Shown: positions 36,151-48,700 of the stretch, one piece after another | Layout of the letters: the number at the start of each line of letters is the position of its first letter | How positions within the stretch are numbered: the first letter of the stretch is position 1 | Assembly (NCBI GenBank): GCA_964276515.1 | Contig: OZ193909.1 | Coordinates: forward strand, 5,208,001 to 5,272,000 | Direction: 5' to 3' | From: Gordius albopunctatus | Taxonomy: Eukaryota | DNA: 64,000 nt | The notes under the pieces: generated by a model | Told to the model about the DNA's origin: nothing | Databases searched by the model: none | The model's input: the letters and a program-made list of their open reading frames with translations, nothing else | Translations under genes and position numbers: made by a program

Positions 36151-38294
36151 TTAATTGCTATGCAATTTATGGGCTCACTTTCCATTTTGTTTGTCACGCT
36201 GTTCGCGTCACGCACCTAATGTCTTCGTCTTGTTTATTTTTTGTTCGTATTATAATTTAACTAGTTTGTGGGTTCGAATCTGCCAAATTTTATTTTTTTT
36301 AAATTAATACATCGTTCTTGTTACTACCATTGATAATATGACTTTTTGGCAGTCCGCCGGCTGCTGACCAATGGAAAAAATGACCATTGGCCAAAGTGTG
36401 AATAAAATTTTTTTTTCGTTTTTTTGGCTAACATTGCTTTATAGACCATCTGTTGGTACTGACCAATGGGAAAAAATGACCATTGGCCAAAGTGTGCAAC
36501 GAATTTTTTTTTCGTTTTTTTGGCTAACATGATTGTTCCTGTTAATACTATTGATAATGTAGCTTTTTGGCCGTCCGCTGGCTACTGACCAATGGAAAAA
36601 AATGACCATTGGCCAAAGTGTGAATCGAATTTTTTTTTCGTTTTTTTTGGCTAACATTGACAATTACCCTATACCCTCCCCTAACAGAGCCTATGCCTCT
36701 ACTGATATGGGTCCCTGTGCCCCCCCCCTACATTATGCCTATCCAGATCTGTGGTTCGAATCCCGGAGAGGCCAAAAAATTAAAAAAAAATTTTATTTTT
36801 TTTTTAAATTAATATATAGTTATTGTTCATACCATTGATAATGTGACTTTTTGGCCGTCCGCTGGCAACTGATCACTGGAAAAAAATGACCATTGGCCAA
36901 AGTGTGAATCGAAATTTTTTTCCGGTTTTTTGACTCTTATGATTGTTCCTGTTAATACCATTGAAAATATGGCTTATTGGCCGTCCGCTGGCTACTGACC
37001 AATGAAAAAAATGACCATTGGCCAAAGTGAGCATCAAAAAAATTTTTTTCGTTTTTTGGCTAACATTGACTTATAGAGTATCTGTTTGTACTGACCAATA
37101 GAAAAAATGACCATTGGCCAAAGTGTGGATCGAAATTTTTTTTTTCGTTTTTTTTGACTCGTATGTATTTATAGACCGTCTCTTGGTACTGACCAATAGA
37201 AAAAATTACCATTGGCCAAATTGTGATTTAAAATTTTTTTTTCGTTTTTTTGACTCGTATGTATTTATAGACAGTCTCTTGGTACGGATCAATGGAAAAA
37301 AAATGAACATTAGCCAAATTGTGATTCGAAATTTTTTTTTAGTTTTTTTGACTCGCATGTATTTATAGACCGTCTCTTGGTACTTACCAATAAAAAAAAT
37401 GAACATTGGCCATATTGCTTAAGTAAAGGCTAAAATTTCAAAATGCTCCTCCCAAAATCATTATTTTCGTTTTTGAATAGGTTAACGTTGATAATTACCC
37501 TATGCCCTCCCCTACAAGTGCCTATTTTTAAATTAAATTAATATTTTGTTCTTGTTATATTTGTTAAATTATCTATAATATATTGATTTTCTATTATTGT
37601 TTCATTGTATCATATAATAAACATAAATAAAACACATCTTTATTATATCATTATCTATATAAATAACATAAAAACTTCTTTTATTTTAATGCCAGCATGG
37701 TAAGAGTGGTTATAGCAACGGCTTACTGACTTTGAGGTTCGGGTTCGAGACCCGGAGTGGCCATAAATTTTTATGTTTTTTAAATTAAATTAATATTATG
37801 TTCTTGTTAATACCATGGATAATATGACTTTTTGACCTTCCGTTGGCTACTGACCAATTAAAAAAATGACCATTGGCCAAATAAATCGAAATTTTTCGTT
37901 TTTGAATAGGTTAACATTGATAAATTTCCCTATGCTCTCCCCTACAAGTGCCTATGCTTCTACTGATATGGGTCCCTGTGCCCCTACAAAGGCTTAAGCC
38001 TCTATTTAATGTGGGTTCGAATCCCGGCGAGGGCAATTTTTTTTTTTAATTAAATGGAAAATTTGTATAAATAATTAACTAATCATTTTACATTTAATAC
38101 CCCTCTATAGGCATTTTCGCCCCTTCCGACCTTTCTCGCCCATATTTTTTAATTAGATGGAAAATTTGTATAAACATTTTGCATATAACGCCCATAAATT
38201 GCATAGCAAATATGCTACGTTTATACGGAGTATAGATGAGTCGTCCCCCCTTCCCTTCTCCCCTCCCCCTTCCCACGAGGGCCGAAGGCCCGAG
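36151..38294 (+). mobile_element. Second Helentron/DINE-1-like element with a differently ordered modular array
   Basis: SubTIR TTGCTATGCAATTTATGGGC (36155) / GCCCATAAATTGCATAGCAA (38190), hairpin GGGCCGAAGGCCC at 38279-38291, and about 10 copies of the TGACCAAT..CCATTGGCCA core (36365-37875). Confidence 0.85.
37691..37763 (+). pseudogene. tRNA-derived sequence (pseudo-tRNA/SINE head) inside the Helentron-like element
   Basis: 73 nt; A-box-like TGGTAAGAGTGG, B-box GGTTCGAGACC, T-arm CGGG/CCCG, outer acceptor pairs GCCA/TGGC, T run downstream. The anticodon stem does not pair. Confidence 0.7.
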
Positions 38295-38829
38295 TTTATT
38301 TTATACCGTCCTCTCGAAGAAATTATTAATAAAAATAAAAACTATCCCATCGAAAAATAGAAATAAAATGTATTTTTAAAGGCCAATATTGGGTCGGGAT
38401 TTTTTAATACTAAGTCTAGGCCCAGGGTCACCTAATATTAATTTAAGGCATGACCCAGGTGTGACCAGACGCGAAGTCTCAAAATATAATAATTTATATA
38501 TAGTTTTACAAGGATTTTCTGATCAAAGTTGTTATAAATTAATCACATTTGACGCGGAATATTCTAGTTAGGAGTCTATTATTTCCGTGCAAAAACACGC
38601 AAGGCTTTAATGTGTAAAGAGTATAGATCTGTTTGTCGTACTTTATTGATATGACCAGCATAAGAAATGGGCCTCTCACTGATTGCAGTCAAAACTCAGT
38701 TATTTCTAATAACCATATTCAAACGCGAAGATATTTTCTAATGTTTTTGCATATAAGCCTTTATTTACTTTGGATCAAAATGTTATTATTTGTATCTATA
38801 CCAAATTTGAATTTTGTCCTTACGCAAGA

Positions 38830-39250
38830 CACCTGGAGCAACTTTTTTGTTTAAAAGTAATATCTGGAGAAGAAATCGCCAGGCAACATCGTCCCCTTGT
38901 TATGAATCTTGACAGAAGAGTATTTCCCGAAAGAAGAAAGGTCTATGAACCTCGAATTCGATACGAAAGGCTAAAGGATACGTTGACGAACAAAGAATAC
39001 CATCAAAAAGTTCCCTCACTCTTGGGTGCAAGGAAGTTGCAAATGGATATAGATGATGATTGGGAGACGCTATCTAAGGACATCAAGGAAACAGCTATCA
39101 TTGTTCTAGGACAGACCAAAGGAGGCAAAGCTATGAATAGGGAACTATGATGGTGGGATCAATCGGTTAAAGATTTCATCGAAAGAAAGAAAAATCTATA
39201 TAGACGGTGGCATAAATCAAAAAAGTCAGAGGATTATAAGAGTACAGTAG
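38830..39250 (+). mobile_element. RTE-clade LINE relic (endonuclease end and linker)
   Basis: KVISGEEIARQHRPLVM..RIRYERLK..WETL...IKETA..VLG.TKG...*WWDQSVK..I..KK..YRRW is typical of the RTE EN-RT linker; it contains an in-frame stop. Confidence 0.75.
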
Positions 39251-39364
39251 TGAGATGTTATGCAGCGCGCCTTTTTACAGACGCGCCTTAATAGGAAGAA
39301 AGAGACTAAGAAGCCACACCCTTATAAAGGTCCATCGTAAGACGCGCTTCCCTAGTGTAAGGTC

Positions 39365-40199
39365 CAGAGACCAGATTGCCCGGCCCGGCCCGCTGCCCGA
39401 ACTGGCCCGGCCCGACCCGGCTCACGGGCCGGGCTGGGCAACTGTCTTAAATTTTTATTTTCGGGTGGGCCCGGGCGGGCGGCACGAAGATAGGATTCGG
39501 GCAATTCGGGCTTAATAAGATTTTTTAAATAGTGTATTATTTTGTTACTTTTTATTTTATTGCATATTAAAATGCTAAAAAAGTTAAGAAACTTGATTTC
39601 GCCATCACAAAGTTTCTCCAATTAACCTTTATTATTCCATTATCATTCGTCGCTTTCGCTAAGTTACTACTTATTTTCATGATAAAAAATTTCTATACCT
39701 TTCTTTTTTGCTTTAAGTTCAAAGAATTATCCATAAATTGCATTTAAATTCTATTGATAAATTATTGTCTTTTTATCAAAAAATTAAGTTTTAACAGAGC
39801 AGAGATTGACTAATTGAACTAATTTTATTCAGTAAGAAGTTTATTTATGGGTAGGGCAAACGGGTTAACTCAAAAGGGGAGTATAATTTCGTTTATTGTA
39901 ATATTATTTATTAAATATGTAAACTTTAAACTTAATTAAAAAATTGCTACATAAATATTTTCATGGACTTGTTTTATTAAATATGCAATTAATTTAATGC
40001 TTATTTTTTAATTTTGTTTGAAAGAATTTGAGATCGCAAAATTTCGGGCCTAATAGGCAAATTTAATATTTCGGGCCGGGCAGCTTTAATGTTTCGGGCG
40101 GGTCCGGGCGGGCACTTAGAAGGTTCGGGCGGGCAATGAAGTTAAAAAATTGAACCGGACCGGGTTCGGGCATAAAATTCCTAACGAATCTGACCTCTG
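39365..40199. mobile_element. hAT-like MITE with CGGGC subterminal repeats
   Basis: Imperfect TIR CAGAGACCAGATT / AATCTGACCTCTG, GC-rich repeats at both ends, AT-rich middle. Flanks do not form a TSD. Confidence 0.7.
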
Positions 40200-40339
40200 C
40201 TTTAAATTCATACTGCCATTCAACAAATACATTAAAAAATAAATTAATTTTAAAAATTAAGTAAAATTTGATATCACTTCTTTTACTTAATGAAGGATTT
40301 ATAAAATAACTACTACTACATTATCATGTAATAAGTCAT

Positions 40340-41006
40340 AGTGTTGTGAGGTCTCTCTTGAGTAGACTTCTCTATCTTGGTCGTAAAAAAACCGTTTTAG
40401 GATCTATCTTCTTATTTTTTCACAAGGCGATGCCTTCTTTTCTTTTCCCAGGCTCATTAGCATTCCTTCTTAAAATCTATTGATAACATCTCCGCCAATT
40501 TTAATTTATTATGTCTCTCATAGGCTGACCACTTTTTACCTGCGACAGCTATTAGTCAAGTGATTGAGCTTTGTGTCCCTGAAGCTCCAGCGTATCATCC
40601 TTATCTCCGTGACTTATATAAGCTTTTCTTCCGTAGCGTTTAATTCCTTGCTTTACTTCTGTAGAATAACACCGATTTTAAGATAGATTTGTACGTTTAG
40701 CCGTTCATCTTGTAGCATAGCACTGTAGAACTCCGCCATTCTTTTTGAGTTATTTAATGACGCCCCTTCCTTTCTATGTGCCACCGAGCTGAGTTAGGTA
40801 AAGCTGTCTACTTTTTTATCCTTTAATTGGTCATTTTCCATCAACTGGGTGCCTGTGACGTCAAAACACTATGGATATATCTAGATAACCGTTTTTATTA
40901 TTTTTCCATTTGTTCAAATATCCTTACTTTGTCTTCTCGCAATATCATATCTTCGACATAGAGCATTTAACAAGGATCTGGCATTTGTAAATCCTTCGTT
41001 GGTGAC
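40340..41006 (-). mobile_element. RTE-clade LINE relic (RT C-terminal part), highly degraded
   Basis: Minus-strand TKDLQMPDPC*MLYVEDMIL (cf. PWxMLFADDIVL) and VDSFT*LSSV (cf. FKYLGS); many stops. Confidence 0.6.
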
Positions 41007-42089
41007 AATAATTATATTTGGTATAAAGTCCTCGCTGTAGTTTTAACGCAAAAATTTTAAGTCTTATATATTCCTTATTAGCTGTATACACTGCTCATGC
41101 CATATGTTCCATATGGTAAATTGGGTGTTCCTCCATTTTGAAGACAAAAACTGTTGTATCCACCATGTCATTTTGCGCTTTAACATTCAATTTACCTTCC
41201 TCACTAGTTTCTAAATTTGAACGAACGTCAATAATATTATACAAAATATAGATGACACTATATTATTAAACAAATTTTCATCACAGTTAAAAATTTTTCC
41301 ATTGAGTTTGCTAATGAAATAAATTACAGTAATTAAAGAGGTAAATGATATGTATTTAAGAAGAATACTGTTTTTGATATCTACCCAATTCAATATTTTT
41401 TTATTATCTTTTTTAAGATTATATAATTTACAAAAATTACTAATATTTATATGGTGAAAAAATTGGTACATATTTTGTGCGTTGATAAGCAGTCTATCCA
41501 GTCTGTGGCTGTAAATATGTTTTACTTTTCTAGCATACCGTGCCATATCAAATCGCAAGTAGCTTGTCACAAGCCTTCTTAAAAAGGTTAAAGTTCAAGC
41601 ATGAGCCAGGAAGATTTTTTTAACATGGCGGGGTAGGACTTAGGTGAGTTGTTTTAAATATATAACATTTCAACTCATAAATAAATTTATTTTATTTTGC
41701 TCATTTTGACATTACAATGTCTAAAAATCTATGTATCATTATAGAAGGCTATATTTTAATGGACTTTTTTTTTAGTTATTATGAGATTTTTACATTGGTC
41801 CAAAATAACCTTTCATAATAGAACCTGCTTAAAAGGCAAATAATTGGCTATGGGGTGTTTAAAGAGTGTGTCTCACTCATGTTTAAAGTTTCAAATAAAT
41901 TATTATAAACTGTTTTAACACAAAATCGCTAACCTTGCATACACGCATTTAAAAAATAAGATGTTGCTGTTTTAATTGAGGGAGTCTTAGTAACCTAAAG
42001 GTATTTTTTATTAAGGCCAACTGTAAATAGGTCGAATATGATGTTTGCTAATAGTTTAACGTAGTCTTAATTTAATAATTAAATAAAAT

Positions 42090-42228
42090 ATAAAAAAATT
42101 TGTCCTCTCCCGGGATTGAACACGAACCTCCAGGTCGGGAAGCTGGTGTAAATAAATTGGAGGGTAATGGACGGACATCGGACGGACGGACACCAAAAAG
42201 CGGTCCCATAAATTGCATAGCAATTAAT
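42090..42228 (-). mobile_element. Helentron-like 5' fragment
   Basis: Reverse complement of 19221-19350, including the subTIR, (GTCC)n and the B-box-like unit. Confidence 0.85.
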
Positions 42229-42732
42229 AATAAAAAATACAATTAATATGATCAAAGGGATTAAAAATTTTTTTGAAAAGAAATATGCACCCCCTGAAAG
42301 TCCCATCCCTAGAAGGCATCTTGTTTGCTATAAAAATAACGATTATAAAATTTGGATCATTTTGCGGTAATAGAAACTTCATATTCTTAAGTCTTTATAA
42401 ATTTCTATTTATAACTATCACAGATGCTAAATCTAAACCTTTTGAAACGGTATCTATTTTTGTCTAACGTCCTAATGATCAATATATAATATTAAATGAA
42501 TAATGGAGCCGATACAATCAATCTGTAATAAATACAACAACACGATTCTTACGAAGAATAAACATAAAAATATATCTATATATAATATACGGGCACATTT
42601 GACAAGTGATGGAATAGGAGCATGGAGAGAATGATTGAGTATATGAATTTCATAGCACCCATCCTTGTACTTAAAAAGTAGGTCTTTCTTTCTTGACTCC
42701 AATTTCTTTCGATTAGAGTGTTAAGTCTGTAT

Positions 42733-45700
42733 TCAAGTGTCAAAATCGTTAAAAGCTGCGGTGTGGTATTTAACTTTATTGCCTGAGATCATTAAACCTT
42801 TTGCTGGTAGACAGGTTCTTGACGGGGATCTTTTCTTCGGCAGAATACTATTTCGGATTGACGTATTAAATGTTTGCCGGAATTCTAGGTGTCCAGAGGG
42901 GGGATCACTTGAAGTTGGAGATCTGCACGTGAATATTAGGTAGAGGTGACGGAAGCCTCGACGAAATTTAGAATTCATCCAGCAATAAATGAAAGGGTTG
43001 CAACAGCTATGCGACATGGCTAGCCAATGACAAAAGAACCAGACGTAATGGATTTTTTCGTAATAAAATATTTTGGGGTTATGATCCGATAGGACTATGA
43101 GGGTATTAAGCGGGAGCCAACAGAGTCCGAATATAATGACGACCGTAATCATCATCTTGATGAGCTGTTATAATAAAATTATAAGTTTATTTTATTTAGC
43201 ATAGCACTTAAAATAAAAATGTAAATAATAGTCATTAAAAATTAGAATGGAAGATTTATCAATTGTGCGGTGGCTTGTCGATCTTACAAATGTTAAATTC
43301 TACTCAAATTAAGTATTTGTATATAAATCATAACTCCCTCTCAAGGGATGTCCTCCTAAATGAACGTTTCTTTTGAATCCAAATCAAACCTTTAAGCCAT
43401 AATAAATAAAGTCATGCCTAGCTTTTCTCCACACACATCATACAGACAGCTTCAATAAATGAGGATTAAAATGGAAGCCAGTTCGCCTTCTCAGGCTTAT
43501 ATACTCTTTATCAAAAGTAAAATATTATGAAACATTTTCAAGGACGCTAGTCCAGCTTTAAGCCCTTTCATAAATATCTGTTTATGAAATGACGGATTGT
43601 TGCTTTAACATTTTTTTATCTTAAATTAATAAACACATTTAAAACATGCAGCTTCAAAATTCACGAGTAAAATTTGTTATCCAAAATTTAACGAATCCTA
43701 GAATATTAATATCTCCGCACTTTTAGAACTCGCAAGGCACATGGGAATTGTATCATAAAAAATGTAATATATAGCCAAACATTTTAGATAAGAGATTGCT
43801 GCTAATTTCATTTTTATTAGTTTATAAATAACAAAAAAGGCCATTTTAACATTTTTTACACGATATTAAATGCCTACGTAAACTAATAAATAAAAAATAC
43901 AAATGTTCATTATTTTGTTAGAAAGGTGACCAACTTCGTCAAAATAAATTAGATTTAAGATACTATGTCGTTATTAGATAAAATAATCGTGACATAATCT
44001 TATCTTATTCGCTTTTTGGTGAAATATGATCATCAATTTACATATATGGGCACTGGTTCATCTTATGACGACAGCGACTCTTAAACACTATAAATTTTTG
44101 GACAAAAGGTTGTCAGTGCATTAATTTATTATGATTTAGGTTTATTGCACAAATTTCGATAAATTTTGTAAATTATCAATATACTATATTATTAAGTCCA
44201 AAAATAATGTGCTTTTTATTGGTCAAAACAATAGGCACCACAACTGCTATCAATATATCAGAGAGTAAAATGGCTAGGTTGAACCAAATTAAGGCGAGCT
44301 AGTGTTTAAATTACAGCCAGACCCAACCTTCAAATCAGATAAAAAACAAATAGTAATGTGTAAAAAGGCGATTAAAGTAATCTCTGGTCAACCGTTCTGC
44401 ATTATAAAAGACGAAAGGACCGTTCCGATTGAAAGAATCTTGGTGTAAAATAAGAGGAGTTTTAGGCTAAGCGCAAATAATTTTAGCTAGGCACGATGTC
44501 TAATCATTAACCTAGCTAGTTTTTACCAGCGAATCGAATTTATAAGAGGGTATAGCCAGCTCATAGTCTTATTCCTAAGCTGTTGTTAAACTCAATCCAG
44601 CTGTTCTTTTATGTAATTTCTCCTAAATACCTGTAATTACGTTAAATTGGCTTAAATCATACCTTTCTCATGACCTTCTATAGTTTCAAGAGCTTAGGAC
44701 TTTGCCCTTTCTTTAATCTTGACTTGGACAAAGGAAAAATATGGTGTGTAAATCTATACAATTGAAGGAAAACCTACAGTTCACACATCGCTCTTTGGAT
44801 TTTCGCGATAACTTACCTTTTACGCATATTCGCTTACTCTTATTACCTTTAATTATCTAAAAATTATTTTCCCTTTTCCTTAAATATTATGGTTCATCGC
44901 CCAGCTAGAAATCCCTAAGTAACCCCGGCATCGAATATAATTTTCACATTATATTTTATCCTTATAAATAGCACCATGTTAATGCTTAGATTTTTAGCTG
45001 CAAATATATCAGGAATGCCGTAACAACATTTTAAAGCATTTCTATAAATTCACACCATTGAAAGGCAAGTTTTAACTTAAATAAGAATATTGAATCATAA
45101 TTTATATGCGGATGGAAGTTAATAAATTTATTTGCACTTTATCCCTTCATTTTTTCATTATAAAGTATTTGTTCCAAATAATCTACATTATTGTCTGGGG
45201 ATTTACCTCGAAATAATTAGGTTCCAGGCTGATTATAGCTACCGACGATGGCCAAACTTGTTCAATTGTAAAACGAAGATATGTTTTAATAAATTCCAGT
45301 GTGAGGTTATAGGTGACGGCCTTTCAAATGTAAAAAATTTGATGGGCCGTGCTAGGGGGGTGGCATTAAAGTTTTCAATATTTGATAGAGGCGAACGGGC
45401 CTTTTAAAAATGTCAGTTGCAGATATGCATTAGGTAAAGTTTAAAGTTTTCTAATTTAATTAATAATACTTGAAACACCGTTAAAGGTAATGTGTTAAAT
45501 AGTTAAAAATACTGTCACATTTATTTTTGTTTTAGATAAAGAGTTAAAGTATTGCAAACCATCTTTCTATCATAATTTCAGCATCTTACAAACTAAAATT
45601 TTAATGAGTGACTTTCTAATAAATAAAATTTTCTGCAAAGAGGAAAGAATAGTTTACAACTTCTAAATGTTTATAGATATTGCGTTTGGTTTGGGACAAT

Positions 45701-48700
45701 GAAACTTTACAGGAATCAGTTTGGATATCAATTATGGACTGATTAGCTTTAACCTTCAAAAATGATAAAATATTTCGTTTTAAAGATAGTAATTTTGCCC
45801 CTTTGAGAGTATTTGATAATGATTTTTAAATTCGATACAGTCAAATGTTAATAAGCTAATAGTTCTTATGGCATTTCATCACAATTGTTGATTCCTTATT
45901 TTTTGAACAAACGCAAAAATAAATTATAATAATAAAAAACTCTAGATAATAAAGAATATCATACTGGTCTTTTGACCATTTTAAAAATTGTATTAATTAT
46001 AACGGAATTGATGTGCGAAATTCAGTCAGTCATTGATGTTAATTGGCTCATCCATTTCACTGCAAGGCCCACTGGTTTTATGCTCAATGTTTCAAATTTC
46101 CTAATTGGAAAAAAGTCGACCACCTTGATTAAAAAATTAAATTAATTATAATTACTATTTTAATTATTATGGATTTTAAATTAAATTTAAATTAAATTTC
46201 CAATTTTTGATCGGGAAGAGGCCAAGGGGCAGAGATTTTGCTTCTGGGGGGGGGGGGGTGGATAGGCCTTGACAAACTCTAGCTCGCCACTGTATCTTAT
46301 GTCGGATCAGTCATGGATTATTCATCGTTTTATATAGGCGATGATTGTAGAATGTTGCCAATATATTGACCATAATCCTAATGATGTATTAAATATATTA
46401 GTCCGTACTAAATCATGCAATGTCTCGACATGTGATAAGTTAATATTTTGTATGATGTATCAAATTGGTATGGAAAGGAAATAATTTTAACCTTGAGATA
46501 AATGAGATTAATAAAAAATTTCTACTACTGTATAATACTTTTGTAGTTGATTTATTTAATAACACAAAGGTGTTTTTTTTCGGTATTCCAACGGTTATTA
46601 AAAAAATTAAATTAATTTATACAAAAAGTATAAAATTTATTGAAATATTTTCTAAATTAAAGGCTTCTGATCATATTGAATTACTTCAAGAATATTATAT
46701 AGCAATATGTCAAAAAGACAATGGCAGTGGGTCTTGGCATAATGTGGCTTAGAAATTAAATGTAGGACCACATGATGTAATAATTTTTTTGCTGCATTTG
46801 TAACTTTTCAATCGCTTCATCTTAAAAAACTTTAGTATCATCTCAATATAAAACACCAATATAAAAAATATAAGGAAAAATTTGGAAACCTAGGTTGTTC
46901 ATGTCGTATATGTGAATACGTGAAAGAAGAATAGTTTAATTTAGTATAACTTCTATTTGTATATATCATTTTCTACAGATTCATGGGCGTAGCCAAGGGG
47001 GGGGCAGGGAGGGGCGACTGCCCCCCTCTAAATCCAATATTTTGTTGAAATTTATTAAAATTATGACTAAAATTTCAAAAAATGTTCATTTTGCCCGTCC
47101 CTAAACCATTTTTGCCCCCCTCTAATTCCAATGCTGGCCACGCCCATGTTGTACAGATTATATTATTGCTATGATTATATATTTTAATATTGTAAGCCAA
47201 AGCCGAGTTGGTGAAACCCAGATATTTTTATTGTTTTAATTATTCTTTTGTTTACATATGTCGTCCCTACCCCTGGCCCTTATTATATTAAATAAAGATT
47301 AATTATAATTATCCACCTTCTTATTCTATTTATTATTATTATATATCCTTGAACATATCAATTTTATCATCCTATATTTAGTTCTTGCTCATATTACACT
47401 TCTGATAATATTAGATTCCTTCATACCATTTTTCATATATCGAATTTTTTTAGTGTTTTAAATTTTAAGAGATTTCTCATCATGTGTAAAAATTGAGAAT
47501 AAAATAGATTGTTGTTTTTTCCATCAATTTTTTGAGTCCCTGAAATTGGATTTAACCTGCATCCATTTTTTAAATACGCATAACAAATATTCTGTAATAT
47601 CGAATTTTAATTAAAATTCACTGGTGCTACTAGCTAGGTTGAGAAGCCCTTCTTTATCCGTTCTTCCAATGGCTTGATCTACTAGCAATAACAATTGAAA
47701 CGACAATTATGACTAATCAAAATGCTTGTCCTCCTTTAACCGATTCTTACAATTTCCGATAACGCCCTAGTCGGAAATCGCTAAAAAGCTTCGATTAATA
47801 TAAATCTAGCTATAATGTAACACACTCTAATAATAATGATCGATGCTTCTCATCTCTTCTAATTTTAAAAATACAATATTTTGCCTAAAATATTCTATGA
47901 AAATATGTTTCCTTTAACGTCATCCGAGATGTGGGAGTTGATTTATTGTGAATTGTGAATAAAACTTAATTGATTAAATGGTAAGAAGAGAAACATGAAC
48001 TATAACTTATGGCTACAATAAAAAACGATGTAATGTATTTTAATAATAATTTTGGCAATTGACCTTGCCAAAAAATACAAAGAGAATTTTAATTTATGAT
48101 GCCTAGTAAAAGATGGGATTTATTAGGAGAGGAGTATCTCGCTAAATTTGAGGTTAAACTAAGTTTTAAAAAAAAGCACAAAAACACACAATCTTTTTAC
48201 AACAATTATTAAGTTCTTTATATTTGCCATCGATTATATCAAATATGAAGTTTAATCGCTGCTTTCATATCCATATTACTTAAAATGTTTTTACGTAGAA
48301 TATTTTATTATAATATAATTAACTCGCCTGTAAAATTAGCACATTAATAAATATTTTTTTAAAATTTAACTTTACTGCAGCTTGTCGCCTAGTCGTAGCC
48401 CGGGGTTACTATTATCTTTCTAATTATTTTTTAAGATAATAATGATATTAAATAAAAATTTAAATCATATGTGTATTTTTACATAAGGTATAAGTAAACA
48501 ATTTTTTGTTTAGAAAAAATATAATTTAAAATTTTTATTGTAGTAGCCTTGACAAAATTTTCTATTTTGCACATAAAATTTTTTTGCCTGTATATTTTAG
48601 ATTAATTTAACTTTTCTCTTATTAAAGGAGAATTTTATATAAAAACCGTCTAATGATTAAATTTTTATATGCAATACAACATCTTAAATTATTAATTGTT

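Noticed and set aside
37691..37763. Functional tRNA gene
   Set aside because: The anticodon stem and inner acceptor stem do not pair; kept only as a pseudo-tRNA.
39255..39621. Pro/Arg/Gly-rich ORFs
   Set aside because: They arise from the GC-rich subterminal repeats of the 39365 MITE.
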